From the NCBI GenBank assembly GCA_963705695.1, contig CAVPKN010000012.1, positions 12,702-76,701 on the forward strand: a stretch of 64,000 nt of DNA, in the 5' to 3' direction. The notes beneath the pieces are model-generated. The model ran no database searches, was not told where the DNA came from, and saw only the letters and a list, made by a program, of their open reading frames with translations. The translations under genes were made by a program, and so were the position numbers. The DNA comes from an uncultured Chlamydiales bacterium (lineage in GTDB: Bacteria > Chlamydiota > Chlamydiia > Chlamydiales > JAAKFR01). Below, in pieces: positions 17,845 to 30,467 of this stretch (position 1 is the stretch's first letter; every line of letters starts with the position of its first letter).

Positions 17845-20800
17845 TCTCTAAATTCTTCATCAACCGCCCCATTTTCGCCATCGTCATCTCCATTCTCATC
17901 ACATTAGCTGGGGGTGTCGCCTTTTTTAATCTTCCGATTGAACAATATCCAAATATTACGCCACCCCAAATTCAGCTTACTGTTTCATACCCAGGAGCTA
18001 GCGCCCAAACCATCGCCGACACAGTGGCAGCACCCCTCGAAGATCAAATCAATGGCGTCGAGAATATGATCTACATGTATTCTGAAAGCGCTTCAAGTGG
18101 TAATTTGACTCTCAATGTGTTCTTCGAAATCGGATCTGATATCAACCAAGCCCTCAATAATGTCCAAGATCGAGTCGATTTAGCGATGCCAGAACTTCCC
18201 GCAGAGGCTCAAAAAGAAGGTGTCACCGTCAAAAAGCAAACGCCTACGATTTTAATGCTGATTGTGCTTCAAGGGGAGGGAGAAAAATACACCGATCTCT
18301 ACATCAACAATTTTGCAACCATACAGATCGCTGATGCTCTTCAGCGTCTCCCCGGGATCACCAATGCCACTGTCATCAATGCCCGTAACTATGCGATGAG
18401 GGTCTGGCTCCGTCCTGATAAAATGGCACAGCTTGGAATTACAACAACAGATATAGCCGATGCCATCGAAAGCCAAAACACAGACTACCCGATCGGATTG
18501 TTGGGTTACCCTCCGCAAACGCGTCCCACTCCCCTTACGCTTCCAGTGACCGATTTGGGGCGTTTGAGCGAGCCGGCAGACTTCGATAATATCATTCTTA
18601 GAGCGACTCCAGATGGCGCCTCTGTCCTCATTAAAAATATTGGCCATACAGAACTGGGGGCACAAGACTATAGTGTCAGCGGGGCCATTGATGGGAAAAA
18701 CGGCGCTTTCATTGCCATCTACCAAGAGTATGGAGCCAACGCGCTTGACATCGCTAAAGAAGTGCGATCGACTTTAAAGACACTCTCTAAGAGATTTCCC
18801 CAAGGAATTACCTATTCTATACCGTATGACACGACAACCTACATTAAAATTTCGATCCGAGAGGTGGAAAAAACCCTCTTTGAAGCAGCCATTCTCGTTG
18901 CCCTTGTCGTTTTTATCTTCTTACAGAATCTAAGAGCCACATTGATCCCTGTCATTGCCATGGTGGTCTCTATTATTGGATCCTTTTCGGGGATGTATCT
19001 CCTTGACTTCACACTCAACACCTTGACACTGTTTGGACTGGTGCTTGCTATCGGCATTGTGGTTGATGATGCCATTGTCGTCGTAGAGAATGTCGAGAGA
19101 AATATGCATGAGAGGAACCTTTCGCCAAAAGAGGCAGCCCTAAAAGCCATGGAGGAGGTCTCCGGCCCTATTGTGGCTATTGTTTTTGTGCTCTGCGCCG
19201 TCTTTATCCCTGTTGCTTTTTTAGGTGGGATTGCTGGGGAACTCTACAAACAATTTGCCTTAACCATTGCCACCTCGGTGATCTTTTCAGGCATTGTCGC
19301 TCTCACGCTGAGTCCTGTATTGGCTGCACTGTTGTTCAAGCAACATCCGAAGCCAACCAAACTAGGGGCCCTTTTTAACCGTGGACTTCATCGAACGACC
19401 GAATACTACACTCGGGGATCCTCCTGGTTAATCAATCATTCCAAAATAGGTTTGACCATTTTTATACTCCTCATTATCGCCACCCTTCTCTTTTTTAAAA
19501 TGATCCCAACAAGCCTTGTTCCCCAAGAAGATCAAGGGTATCTTTTTGCGTTTGCAACAACTCCTGATGGTTCCAGTTTGGAGCGTGGGCAACAAGTCAC
19601 GGACCTAGTGGGCCCTCTGACCTTGAAACATCCCGCCGTTCGAAATCTGATCTCATTAACTGGTTTTAGCTTGCTTGAAAACCTCAATCGCACGACGGTG
19701 AACACCTATTTCATCATGCTCAAAGATTGGAGTCACAGGCACGCGACCGCTCTACAAGCCCCCGCTGTTTTAAAAAAACTTGGCGAGGAATACCGACAGA
19801 TTGCTGAAGCGCAAGTGTTCCCCTTTAACCCCCCAGCGATTCAGGGTCTTGGCACTGTCGGAGGATTCGAATTTTGGATCATCAATTCAGGTGAAGGGGA
19901 CAACGCCACTTTGGAAACGATCACGAAACAGTTTATAGAGGTGGGGAAAAAAAGGCCTGAGCTGAGTGGTTTAACAACGGCAATCCAGAGCAATTGCATG
20001 CAGATCTTTGCCGATGTAGACAGGACTAAAGCACAGGCACTCAAAGTCCCCATTAAAGAGGTCTATCAAACCCTCCAAAGCCAGCTCGGTTCCGTCTATG
20101 TGAATAATTTTAATAAATATGGCCATGTGTTCCAAGTGATGATCCAAGCAGACCCTGACTTCCGCTCCACTCTTGAGGAGGTCGGCAATATCTATGTCCG
20201 TTCCACCGATCAACACATGATTCCGATCAAAACACTTGTTAACTTCACACCCAGTCAAGGAAGTAATCTGATCAGCCGCTTTAATAATTTCCCTGCAGCT
20301 AAAATCAATGGAGCACCAGGGGAAGGATATAGCTCAGGAGACGCCATGAAAGCGATGGAAGAGATCGCTCAACAGATCCTCCCCGAAACAGTCTCCTATT
20401 CATGGAGTGGGGAAGCGTATGCTGAAAAAACAGCAGGGGGCGCCGGCCCTCTGGCAATCGTGTTTGCCCTCCTGCTCGTATTTTTGATCCTTTCCGCTCT
20501 CTATGAACGGTGGTCCCTACCCGTTGCCATCCTTCTGGGCGTTCCTTTTGGGATCTTAGGGGCTCTTTTTGCTGTCTGGCTCCGCGGCTTAGAAGACGAT
20601 GTTTACTTCCAAATTGGCTTAGTCACTCTCATCGCTCTAGCTTCAAAAAATGCCATTTTAATTGTCGAGTTTGCCATGCAAAAACGGAAGGAGGGGCTCG
20701 ATGCGCGTCAAGCAGCCTTAGATGGCGCCAGGCAGAGGTTCCGCGCCATCCTCATGACCTCCCTCACCTTCATCTTTGGCGTTCTTCCCCTAGTGATCAG

Positions 20801-20927
20801 CACCGGTGCAGGGGCCGCTAGCCGCCACTCCGTAGGCACCGGAGTCATGGGCGGAATGCTCTTTGCCACCCTTTTCGGCATCTTCTTCATCCCCCTTTTC
20901 TACATGCTCCTCGACCGCCGCAAATGA
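17841..20927 (+). CDS. RND efflux permease (AcrB/HAE1)
   Basis: FFINRPIFA, IGIVVDDAIVVVEN, KNAILIVEFA; 1028 aa. Confidence 0.95.
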   Translation: MISKFFINRPIFAIVISILITLAGGVAFFNLPIEQYPNITPPQIQLTVSYPGASAQTIADTVAAPLEDQINGVENMIYMYSESASSGNLTLNVFFEIGSDINQALNNVQDRVDLAMPELPAEAQKEGVTVKKQTPTILMLIVLQGEGEKYTDLYINNFATIQIADALQRLPGITNATVINARNYAMRVWLRPDKMAQLGITTTDIADAIESQNTDYPIGLLGYPPQTRPTPLTLPVTDLGRLSEPADFDNIILRATPDGASVLIKNIGHTELGAQDYSVSGAIDGKNGAFIAIYQEYGANALDIAKEVRSTLKTLSKRFPQGITYSIPYDTTTYIKISIREVEKTLFEAAILVALVVFIFLQNLRATLIPVIAMVVSIIGSFSGMYLLDFTLNTLTLFGLVLAIGIVVDDAIVVVENVERNMHERNLSPKEAALKAMEEVSGPIVAIVFVLCAVFIPVAFLGGIAGELYKQFALTIATSVIFSGIVALTLSPVLAALLFKQHPKPTKLGALFNRGLHRTTEYYTRGSSWLINHSKIGLTIFILLIIATLLFFKMIPTSLVPQEDQGYLFAFATTPDGSSLERGQQVTDLVGPLTLKHPAVRNLISLTGFSLLENLNRTTVNTYFIMLKDWSHRHATALQAPAVLKKLGEEYRQIAEAQVFPFNPPAIQGLGTVGGFEFWIINSGEGDNATLETITKQFIEVGKKRPELSGLTTAIQSNCMQIFADVDRTKAQALKVPIKEVYQTLQSQLGSVYVNNFNKYGHVFQVMIQADPDFRSTLEEVGNIYVRSTDQHMIPIKTLVNFTPSQGSNLISRFNNFPAAKINGAPGEGYSSGDAMKAMEEIAQQILPETVSYSWSGEAYAEKTAGGAGPLAIVFALLLVFLILSALYERWSLPVAILLGVPFGILGALFAVWLRGLEDDVYFQIGLVTLIALASKNAILIVEFAMQKRKEGLDARQAALDGARQRFRAILMTSLTFIFGVLPLVISTGAGAASRHSVGTGVMGGMLFATLFGIFFIPLFYMLLDRRK

Positions 20928-21111
20928 ACCTGTCCCATTATTAGACCTCTTGCGTAATTAAATGACGTCATTTAATTGCGCAAGAGGTCTATTCGAAAAA
21001 TATGATTTTTAAAGGCTTTTTTTGCAGATTTTAGAGCCGCTTCGAAGGGCATACTTGAGATGCGGAAAAAGAGCCAAAACGCATTTTTTGCCAATAGTGG
21101 GATAGGTTCAT
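20924..21111. mobile_element. Family A element, copy 3 (internal deletion, nested insertion)
   Basis: ATGAACCTGTC...GATAGGTTCAT; supplies the TGA stop of the RND gene. Confidence 0.85.
20942..20991. repeat. Family E 50-bp palindrome nested in Family A
   Basis: TAGACCTCTTGCGTAATTAAATGAC|GTCATTTAATTGCGCAAGAGGTCTA, one mismatch. Confidence 0.85.
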
Positions 21112-21118
21112 AATCCCT

Positions 21119-21628
21119 TTAATCTTCTTTTGCTTTCCTTAAAGTGACAAGAGGGAGAAATAAGTTTAAATCACAACCTTCTAAGGGAAGAAACGCGTAT
21201 TTTAAATAAAATTTCTTTGATTTCTCATTTTTTGCATCTACGATCAGAGAATGAATAGCCATGACACTATCAGCTTGAAGTACACGTTTAATGGCATCTG
21301 CCACCAGATGCTCTCCTATTTTCTTTCCTTGATGAGACTGATCTACAGCCAGCCTGCATAATCTGGATGCAGGAACAGGATATTTAGGCATTTTCTTTCT
21401 ATATTCTTGTGGCAGGTCATTCATGGAGATCTGGGCAGCGCTTAGAGTGTAATATCCAATAACGATAGCGTCATTCCGTAAAACAAAAGTACGCCCTATG
21501 CCCATCTTTTCGTGATTGATTGCATACCTCTTTATGTATTCATCAAGTGCAGGTTCTGTACAGGAAAAGCTTTTGTATTGGGATGGAGAAGTTTTTGTGA
21601 TTGAAACCGTAGGATTGAATTGAGTCAT
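21119..21628 (-). CDS. GNAT acetyltransferase toxin (TacT/AtaT-like)
   Basis: FSC..PALDEY, RLAVDQSHQGKKIG, VDAKNE...FY. Confidence 0.9.
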   Translation of the reverse strand: MTQFNPTVSITKTSPSQYKSFSCTEPALDEYIKRYAINHEKMGIGRTFVLRNDAIVIGYYTLSAAQISMNDLPQEYRKKMPKYPVPASRLCRLAVDQSHQGKKIGEHLVADAIKRVLQADSVMAIHSLIVDAKNEKSKKFYLKYAFLPLEGCDLNLFLPLVTLRKAKED

Positions 21629-21900
21629 TTTTTGACATTCTTTGAATGTCTGCGCATTGCTTCCTTGAGTTTTTCACTAGGCTCCGGTGGCTTTTCAAGA
21701 GCATTTAGAAATGCTATCCCTGCTTCCTTGGACAGGATGATATTTTGACGTTCCTCACGCACTTTTTTAACATAAAGATGCGTTGCAAATCGTATAAATT
21801 CACTTAACCCCATGTGAACTAGGGCAGCTGCTTCCTCAAATTCTTGTTTTTCCTCTTCAGAAGATCTTATTTCAATCCGCTTTTCTTTAAGTGTATCCAT
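21625..21900 (-). CDS. DUF1778 RHH antitoxin
   Basis: RIEIR...EEAAAL...LSEFI and FLNALEKPPEPSEKL; overlaps the toxin start. Confidence 0.88.
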   Translation of the reverse strand: MDTLKEKRIEIRSSEEEKQEFEEAAALVHMGLSEFIRFATHLYVKKVREERQNIILSKEAGIAFLNALEKPPEPSEKLKEAMRRHSKNVKK

Positions 21901-21915
21901 AACAGCCTTTTTTTT

Positions 21916-21944
21916 AATGTTACATTATATCCGTATTTCATACG
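21916..21944. promoter_or_regulatory. Putative TA autoregulatory operators around the -10 box
   Basis: Palindromes AATGT-T-ACATT and CGTAT-TTC-ATACG around minus-strand TATAAT (21924-21929). Confidence 0.5.
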
Positions 21945-21964
21945 TACAAAAATCTGATGAGAGT

Positions 21965-22627
21965 TCACACATCATTGTGTGGAGAATAGGGCTTTGCCTC
22001 TAAATCCTCTTTTGAGCGAAAGGTAGAAGCAATGAGTTTACCTAAAGAAAATAGGGCAATTCCTGAGGTAAAAGCGCCACTTGCCCCTAATCCAATGATC
22101 TCATCAAATTGGGTTTGAGAAATCATCATGACTCCTTCTACAACATGAGTATGGTAATCGTCATAAAAACCATAAAAATAGATGTGTCGGGTGTCTAGAT
22201 TTTGTAGGAGATGCGATGACAAGATAAATAAGGTGATTGAAATCGCGATCGAAATCAAAGCTACCGCAATAATAGGCTTATAATTTTGAAGATTTGTCTT
22301 TTGAGGGTCATTTTCCTTTGACTTGAAGTAGGCTGCGATTTTCTCTTTGATCAAATACACACTACAAATAAGCACTACAGATACCATTGTGGTTCCAATG
22401 ACCAGTGCAGAGAAGCCCCAAGAATTTAAAGAGAGTTGCTCAAGAGATATATAAGCAAAGCTGCTAATGGGGTGTTCCTCGACAGGGTTCCACCAATAAG
22501 TTGTACCTGACCATTGGGGAATGAAATGTGCAATGCCTATTGAAGCAAGCACGTATCCTACACTCAGTATAATACCTACTGCTATAGAAATTACTATTGG
22601 CTTCCTTTCCTCTGGAATTGAAGGCAT
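21965..22627 (-). CDS. Hypothetical 4-TM membrane protein
   Basis: Two hydrophobic hairpins, each opening KPI(V/I), suggesting an internal duplication. Confidence 0.7.
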   Translation of the reverse strand: MPSIPEERKPIVISIAVGIILSVGYVLASIGIAHFIPQWSGTTYWWNPVEEHPISSFAYISLEQLSLNSWGFSALVIGTTMVSVVLICSVYLIKEKIAAYFKSKENDPQKTNLQNYKPIIAVALISIAISITLFILSSHLLQNLDTRHIYFYGFYDDYHTHVVEGVMMISQTQFDEIIGLGASGAFTSGIALFSLGKLIASTFRSKEDLEAKPYSPHNDV

Positions 22628-22807
22628 ATAATTTTCTATTTTTCTTTTATTTTAATAAACATAATACAATTCCCATTTATAAAAAATTATATCAAGTAAA
22701 CATTAATTTCTGATAAAGATATTTTTAATATATGGCGATTCTCTCAAACCCCCGTCTATTAGTGGCTGTTTGCATTATTTCAGGGGGTTACTGTATGGTA
22801 GTGGGAT

Positions 22808-24526
22808 ATGAAAGCGTCCAAGCTGTTTTTTCGCACCTTTAAAGAAGCCCCTCATGAAGCTCATATTGTATCCCATCAGTTGCTGGAACGGGGTGGATAT
22901 TAAAAAGACTGGGGAAAGGAAGTTACACTTATACACCATTGATGTGGAAAGTGTTGAAAAAACTGATTGAAATCATCAGAGAGGAGTGTGATCAGGCTGG
23001 CGGTCAGGAAGTTTCAATGCGATTCCTCCATCCCGCTAGTTTGTGGAAACGAACGGGACGGTGGGAGGATTTTACCTCAGCAAATCTCCTTTATACTCTC
23101 GAAGATCGGGAAGGTCATTCCTTCTGCCTGGCACCCACTCCGACGAAGAGGTAGTGGTCTCTGTTGTGGCTAACTGGGTCTCTATTATAAGGAGCTTCCC
23201 TACAATCTCTACCAAATTGGAACAAAATTTAGAGATGAAATCCGCCCCCGCTTTGGCCTCATTCGCTGCAAAGAATTCATCATGAAAGATGGTTACTCTT
23301 TCTCGCAAAATCCTGAAGGGATGGAGGAGCAGTACACAAGCATGAAGATTGCCTATTCCAATATCTTCAAACGATTGGGACTCGATTTTGTGATTGGTAG
23401 AGTCCATGGCGGCAAGATTGGGAAAGGGAAATCGGAGGAATTCCAGGTCAAAGCCGCTATTGGTGAAGATGTGGTCATGGTGTGTGGCGATTACGCTTCC
23501 AATGTCGAAATGACCAAGTCGATCCCCCCCTCATTCCCCTACGCAACAAGTGTGAATAAAAGGGAGCGGATCGCAACGCCCTCCGTGACGACTATCGAAC
23601 AATTGGCCCGTTTTCTTAAAGTCGCGCCACAGCTCATTTTGAAAACGATCGTTTATAAATTGATCTTTGCCGATCATGAGAAATTTGTGGCGATTGGGAT
23701 CAGAGGGGATCGCACCATTAATGAAGTGAAAGTGCAGACCCGCTTTGGGGCCCTCGAGATTGCGTTAGCAAGTCCAGAGGAAGTGGTGCAACAAACAGGG
23801 ACAAAGATTGGCTTTATCGGTCCCGAAAAGTGTCCAATCCCCTTCTATGTGGACACAACGGCGCAGCCGATGACCAATTTTGTGGCAGCGATCAACCAGG
23901 AAGATCTTCACGATGTGAATCTCAATTGGGAAAGGGATCTGCCGCTGCCAGAATTCGAAGATTTTCTCCTTGCTGAGGAGGGAGATAGCTGTCCCCATAT
24001 TCCCGGGGGCACCTACAAAATCCAGCGCGGGATTGAGGTCGGGCATATATTCAATTTAGGCACCCGTTATACAGAGCAACTCGGCGCTCTCTTTCAGGAT
24101 GAACAGGGAAGAACCCAACCAATTTGGATGGGGACGTATGGACTGGGTGTGGGAAGGACAGCTGCGGCCTGCATTGAGCAAAAGCACGATGAAAAAGGGA
24201 TCATTTGGCCAATGGCCATCGCACCTTATAAAATTTGGATCACCGCGGCAACTCTCCAAGATCCAACCCTGATCGCCCAAGCCGAAAATCTCTATTACCA
24301 CCTCCAGCATGCTGGTTATGAGCCCCTCCTTGACGATCGCGATCTACGCCTAGGCTTTAAGCTTAAAGATAGCGATCTGCTCGGCATTCCCTATAAACTG
24401 ATCATCGGAAAATCATTCATCAGCGATGAGAAAGTCGAAATTGAATCTCGTCTTGGGGAGAAGGAGCTGATTCCCGCTTCAGAGATCCTCAACTGGGCCA
24501 GCCAAAAATTAACAATCCATAGCTAG
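22808..24526 (+). CDS. proS: Prolyl-tRNA synthetase (5' frameshifts)
   Basis: SHQLLERG, KFRDEIRPRFGLIR, MKDGYSF, GIEVGHIFNLG, MGTYGLGVGR. Confidence 0.93.
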
Positions 24527-24587
24527 AAACCTCACGATAAGCACGATAATAATTAACTCAATGTGCGACCCCACATCGTTCTTACAG

Positions 24588-24804
24588 TAATTCCTGCCGG
24601 TCGATTCCATCGAGTAGGTTTGATAAAAGTTTTCGTAAACTTTTTTATAACCACAGAGAACACAGAGCGCACAGAGCCGGCCAAACTCGCATACGCGGGC
24701 CTTGGTCGAGCGCTATCGCTTCGACTGACCACAAGCGATTAACTCTGTGTGCTCTGTGAGCTCTGTAGTAAAAAATTAACCGCATAAAATTGTCGGCGGG
24801 ATTG
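24588..24804. mobile_element. Family B nested palindromic element, copy 2 (inverted)
   Basis: Reverse-complement homolog of 6074-6290. Confidence 0.88.
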
Positions 24805-24880
24805 CTGTCGTTCTTACCGTTGTGTTGACATGAAAAGTATAAGTTGAATGGACAGTTACTGTTCTGGAGCCTACCCGGAA
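24805..24880. repeat. Family F dispersed repeat, copy 1 (continues at 24526-24587 on the other side of Family B)
   Basis: TTGTGTTGACATG-N20-CAGTTACTGTTCTGGA, identical in reverse complement to 41162-41210. Confidence 0.75.
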
Positions 24881-24892
24881 TCGGTATCACGG

Positions 24893-25270
24893 TTAAACGG
24901 GCACAGAGAGATGACGACTCCCATCGTCTGCGTAGGCTCCGTCGTAGCAACAAAATTGACTCGCTTGTCGACCTACCTGCAGATAGTTCAATTGTGTGAG
25001 CTGTGAATAGCGCCGCTGCCCCTCGGCGCGGATCGCTTCCTCTTCTGCCCTTCTTTTTGTCCTGCTCTGATGGGCTGCATCGTTTTCGTGGGCTATCGCT
25101 TTTTGCGTCTCCCCGAATTGTTTCCATGATTGCATGATCAGATAGTGGAGTTGAAACAGATAGAGCATCATCGATGCTGAAAAAAGCTTCTGCGGATCGG
25201 ACGCTCCGCCCGGTGCCATGGGTGGAAAAAGAGAAAATAGAACCGATTGTGGAATTGCTTTAATTTCCAT
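24893..25270 (-). CDS. Hypothetical protein
   Basis: 125-aa ORF divergent from hrcA; no recognised motif. Confidence 0.55.
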   Translation of the reverse strand: MEIKAIPQSVLFSLFPPMAPGGASDPQKLFSASMMLYLFQLHYLIMQSWKQFGETQKAIAHENDAAHQSRTKRRAEEEAIRAEGQRRYSQLTQLNYLQVGRQASQFCCYDGAYADDGSRHLSVPV

Positions 25271-25346
25271 ACGTTCTTAATTATATCTTATTTTCGCTGA
25301 GTAAATCAACAATAAAATATTAAAAATAAGGGGGTTGTTTGAAAAA

Positions 25347-25373
25347 TCAGCACTCTGGCAGCTTGAGTGCTAA
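25347..25373 (+). promoter_or_regulatory. CIRCE operator
   Basis: TCAGCACTC-N9-GAGTGCTAA upstream of hrcA, followed by TTGACC (25380) and TATTAT. Confidence 0.93.
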
Positions 25374-25535
25374 AAACGCTTGACCTCTTTTCCCCTCTCC
25401 GATTATTATTTTCGTAATTCATCTTACGCGCATTTTTTCTCTTTGCTAGAGGAATTGCAGCGATCAAGATGCAACTATCTCGACGAAGGTCAACTCCTTG
25501 CGAGTTGAGTCGAGGAGTGATAGGCACTATTGTAA

Positions 25536-26713
25536 ATGAAGTTAAAATCTATGCCTCCGAAGCAAGGAAGTTCAAAAAAACAGAGCCGTGAGTTAAGTGT
25601 TCTTTTGGGCCTAGTAGAGCTCTATTTGTCTACAGGGAAACCCATTGGTTCTAATACGTTAAGAGAACATGGGTTTGATCACTTAAGTTCCGCCACCATC
25701 CGTAACTACTTTGCCGAACTTGAAAAGGAGGGGTTTTTGCGTCAGCCCCATTCATCGGGGGGGCGGATCCCTACAAATGCAGCATTTAGACTCTATGCAG
25801 CCGACTGCCTTGAAAACCCCCTTCCCCCTATCCCTGATATCGAGGAGAAATTGACGCAACTAGAGCAATCAAACCCTCGCCATTTGATGCGCTACCTTCA
25901 GCTTGCAGCAGAGCAATTAAGTGAAATCACAGGGTATGCTACGTTTTTGACATCGGTCCGGTTTGATCACGATTTTATCTTCGAGATCAAACTAGTCACA
26001 CATTGACCAAGAGCGGATTCTGTGTGTGATGGTGACCGACTTTGGTCAAATCCTCACCGAAGTGTTACCCATTCACGATAAACTCAGCGCCTTTTCATGT
26101 AAACGGATGGAGAGCTATCTCCAATGGCGGGTTAAGGGGAGTGCTAAACCGGAAAATTTAACAGAGGAAGAGGAAAAATACGCCCAAGAAATTTATAACG
26201 AAGTGATGGTCCGCTACATTGTCCGGTATTCCAATTTCAGTGACGAAGATGTGTTTCGAACGGGTTTTTCTCAACTCCTCGCCTATCCTGAATTCAGCGA
26301 TCCTATCGCTTTAACAACGGGTCTTTCTCTCTTTGAAAATAGCGACCACATGCGTTTGTTATTGAATGACTGTGTCCGCGATGGGGGACTCCGCTATTGG
26401 ATCGGTAAAGATTTAGCCCCTTACGCCTCTGCTGCACAAGGGTGCTTCTGTCATCGCGATTCCTTACCGTTTAGGTCAGGTCCCTGCCGGCGCTGTCGGG
26501 ATCCTCGGTCCTTGTCGCATGCCCTATCGGAAGCTATTTGCAACGGTGACCCATTTCTCCCATTGCATCTCGCAATCACTGACGAAAAGTCTTGTTAAGT
26601 TCAAACTCTCTTTCCGTCAACCCCGAACGACTCCCCATATGCAGGAGAAAGACTTCTTAATTGTTGATCGCACGGCGCAAAAATTATTGGAAAATCAAGG
26701 AAAAAAAATATGA
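25536..26713 (+). CDS. hrcA: Heat-inducible repressor HrcA (frameshifted)
   Basis: [31 protein letters not shown]. Confidence 0.93.
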
Positions 26714-27263
26714 CGGATGAAACAGAACCGAGTGAGAACAAAGAGCCCTCAGAAGGGCAACAGGAGGCACGAGAAGATCCGGCACAACTTCTCCGAAAAG
26801 AATTGAAAGAGTGCCAAGAAAAATATATGCGGATGCTGGCGGAATCTGAAAATGTCCGAAAACGGATGCAAAAAGAGCGGCAAGAGATGACGAAATACGC
26901 CGTTGAAAATATGTTAGCCGAATTTCTCCACCCGATCGATAGTTTAGAAAAGGCTTTGCAATTTGCTGAAAGCATGTCGGATGAGGTAAGAAATTGGGCC
27001 ATAGGATTCGAAATGCTTTTAAATCAATTTAAACAAATTCTTTCAACCATGGAGTGCAAGAGTACCACAGTGTAGGTAAACAATTTGATCCCCATTTACA
27101 TGAAGCAGTTGAAATGGTTGTCACGACAGAATATCCACCAGGAGTCGTCGTTGAAGAGTTTGTGCGCGGCTATAAAATGGGCGATAGGCCGATCCGTGTT
27201 GCCCGCGTTAAAGTAGCTAAAGCTCCACGAAGAAGAAAAAGAAGAAAAAGAAAAATCGACTGA
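26710..27263 (+). CDS. grpE: GrpE (one frameshift)
   Basis: [34 protein letters not shown]. Confidence 0.93.
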
Positions 27264-27275
27264 AGGACAATAAAC

Positions 27276-29253
<1,978 letters not shown>

Positions 29254-29272
29254 CCTGACAAGTGCTCTGGCA

Positions 29273-29303
29273 GGTGCTCTGGGGAATCCAGGGCACCTTC
29301 TTC
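29273..29303 (+). terminator. Terminator-like hairpin after dnaK
   Basis: GGTGCTCTGG-loop-CCAGGGCACC-TTCTT. Confidence 0.55.
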
Positions 29304-30349
29304 TATCGAGGTGAGTGCGCCGCTGGATGCTCCCTTGTCGCTTGAATAAGCTCAGGGTGATTTTTCAATAAATATGCGGATCGTCCTCAAATTCGCTCAC
29401 ATCTCTCAGTTAACAAATGGGAAACCAGGCCTTCCTCCATGTTAACCCTTTTCTCCATTTTAGCCCCAGGGATGGGGGTAATGCTTTTTAGCTCCCCCCC
29501 TTCAAAATGCATATCTTGGTAGGGAAGCCACTCCCCGCAAAATAGAAGCCATTTTGCCCTAGTGTATCGGGTGACTCCCTCCCCCTTCCCACTCCCAATC
29601 TTCGAAGGCAGCTCCAGCCACCATCCATACCCCAGAGTTTCTCATTGGCAATCTATCATTCCAGTCAGATTCGATGGCTGAGCCTAATTTAATGCCATTC
29701 ATGGGATCGATAATGGCATAGAGAGCCGCAAAAAACATCGCAATGCCATAGAAGGGTGCTTGGATGGCCCGTAAGAGTGAGAGACCCATCTGCTTAAAAA
29801 TATCGGTAACTGTAAACTGAATTCCATGATCCCACATCCTCCCTTTGCCATCTGCATGAGGATGTAAAAAGGGATGATTATAAAGCGCAATAAATTATAA
29901 ACCACAACCACTGCAATGTAGAGTGGCATCAAGAGGGCAGCGCACACCCCAGTTTGAGTGGCATTTGCGATCGATTTTGTATAAAATCGGACGAACTGAG
30001 TGCCCCGTTTATTCAAATGGGAAAGATCGATGTGATATTCTTTGATTAACGCCTGATTCCAAACGTCTACAGCCGCAGCATAACATTTTCTCCAGTCGGA
30101 CACTACCGTTCAGGTGACCTGCGGCTAACCCCTGTTTGGCTCTATAGATGATCCCTGCTCGTGGTCCCCAAAAGAACCAACCGCAATACCTGCACCAATC
30201 ATCGGTTTCAATTGCCCCGTCAAAACCAAGATTGCGATAATCCCACCCACCACTGCCGCCACGACAGCAATGCGTACCGCATAGCCAGGCTCATAAGGAG
30301 CTAACGCAATAGGCAACTCTCCGCTTTTTAATACAATACTTGATGTCAT
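29303..30349 (-). CDS. Hypothetical Inc-like membrane protein (frameshifted fragments)
   Basis: Consecutive same-strand ORF fragments with hydrophobic hairpins; boundaries approximate. Confidence 0.55.
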
Positions 30350-30467
30350 ATTTACAAAATTTTAACACACATAATTGGCAATACGAAACTAAAAAAAAAT
30401 ATTTTTTGGTTGTTCAATAATTGATAAATGTATAAATCATTCTTCTATTCAACACAGGAGGAGTAAT

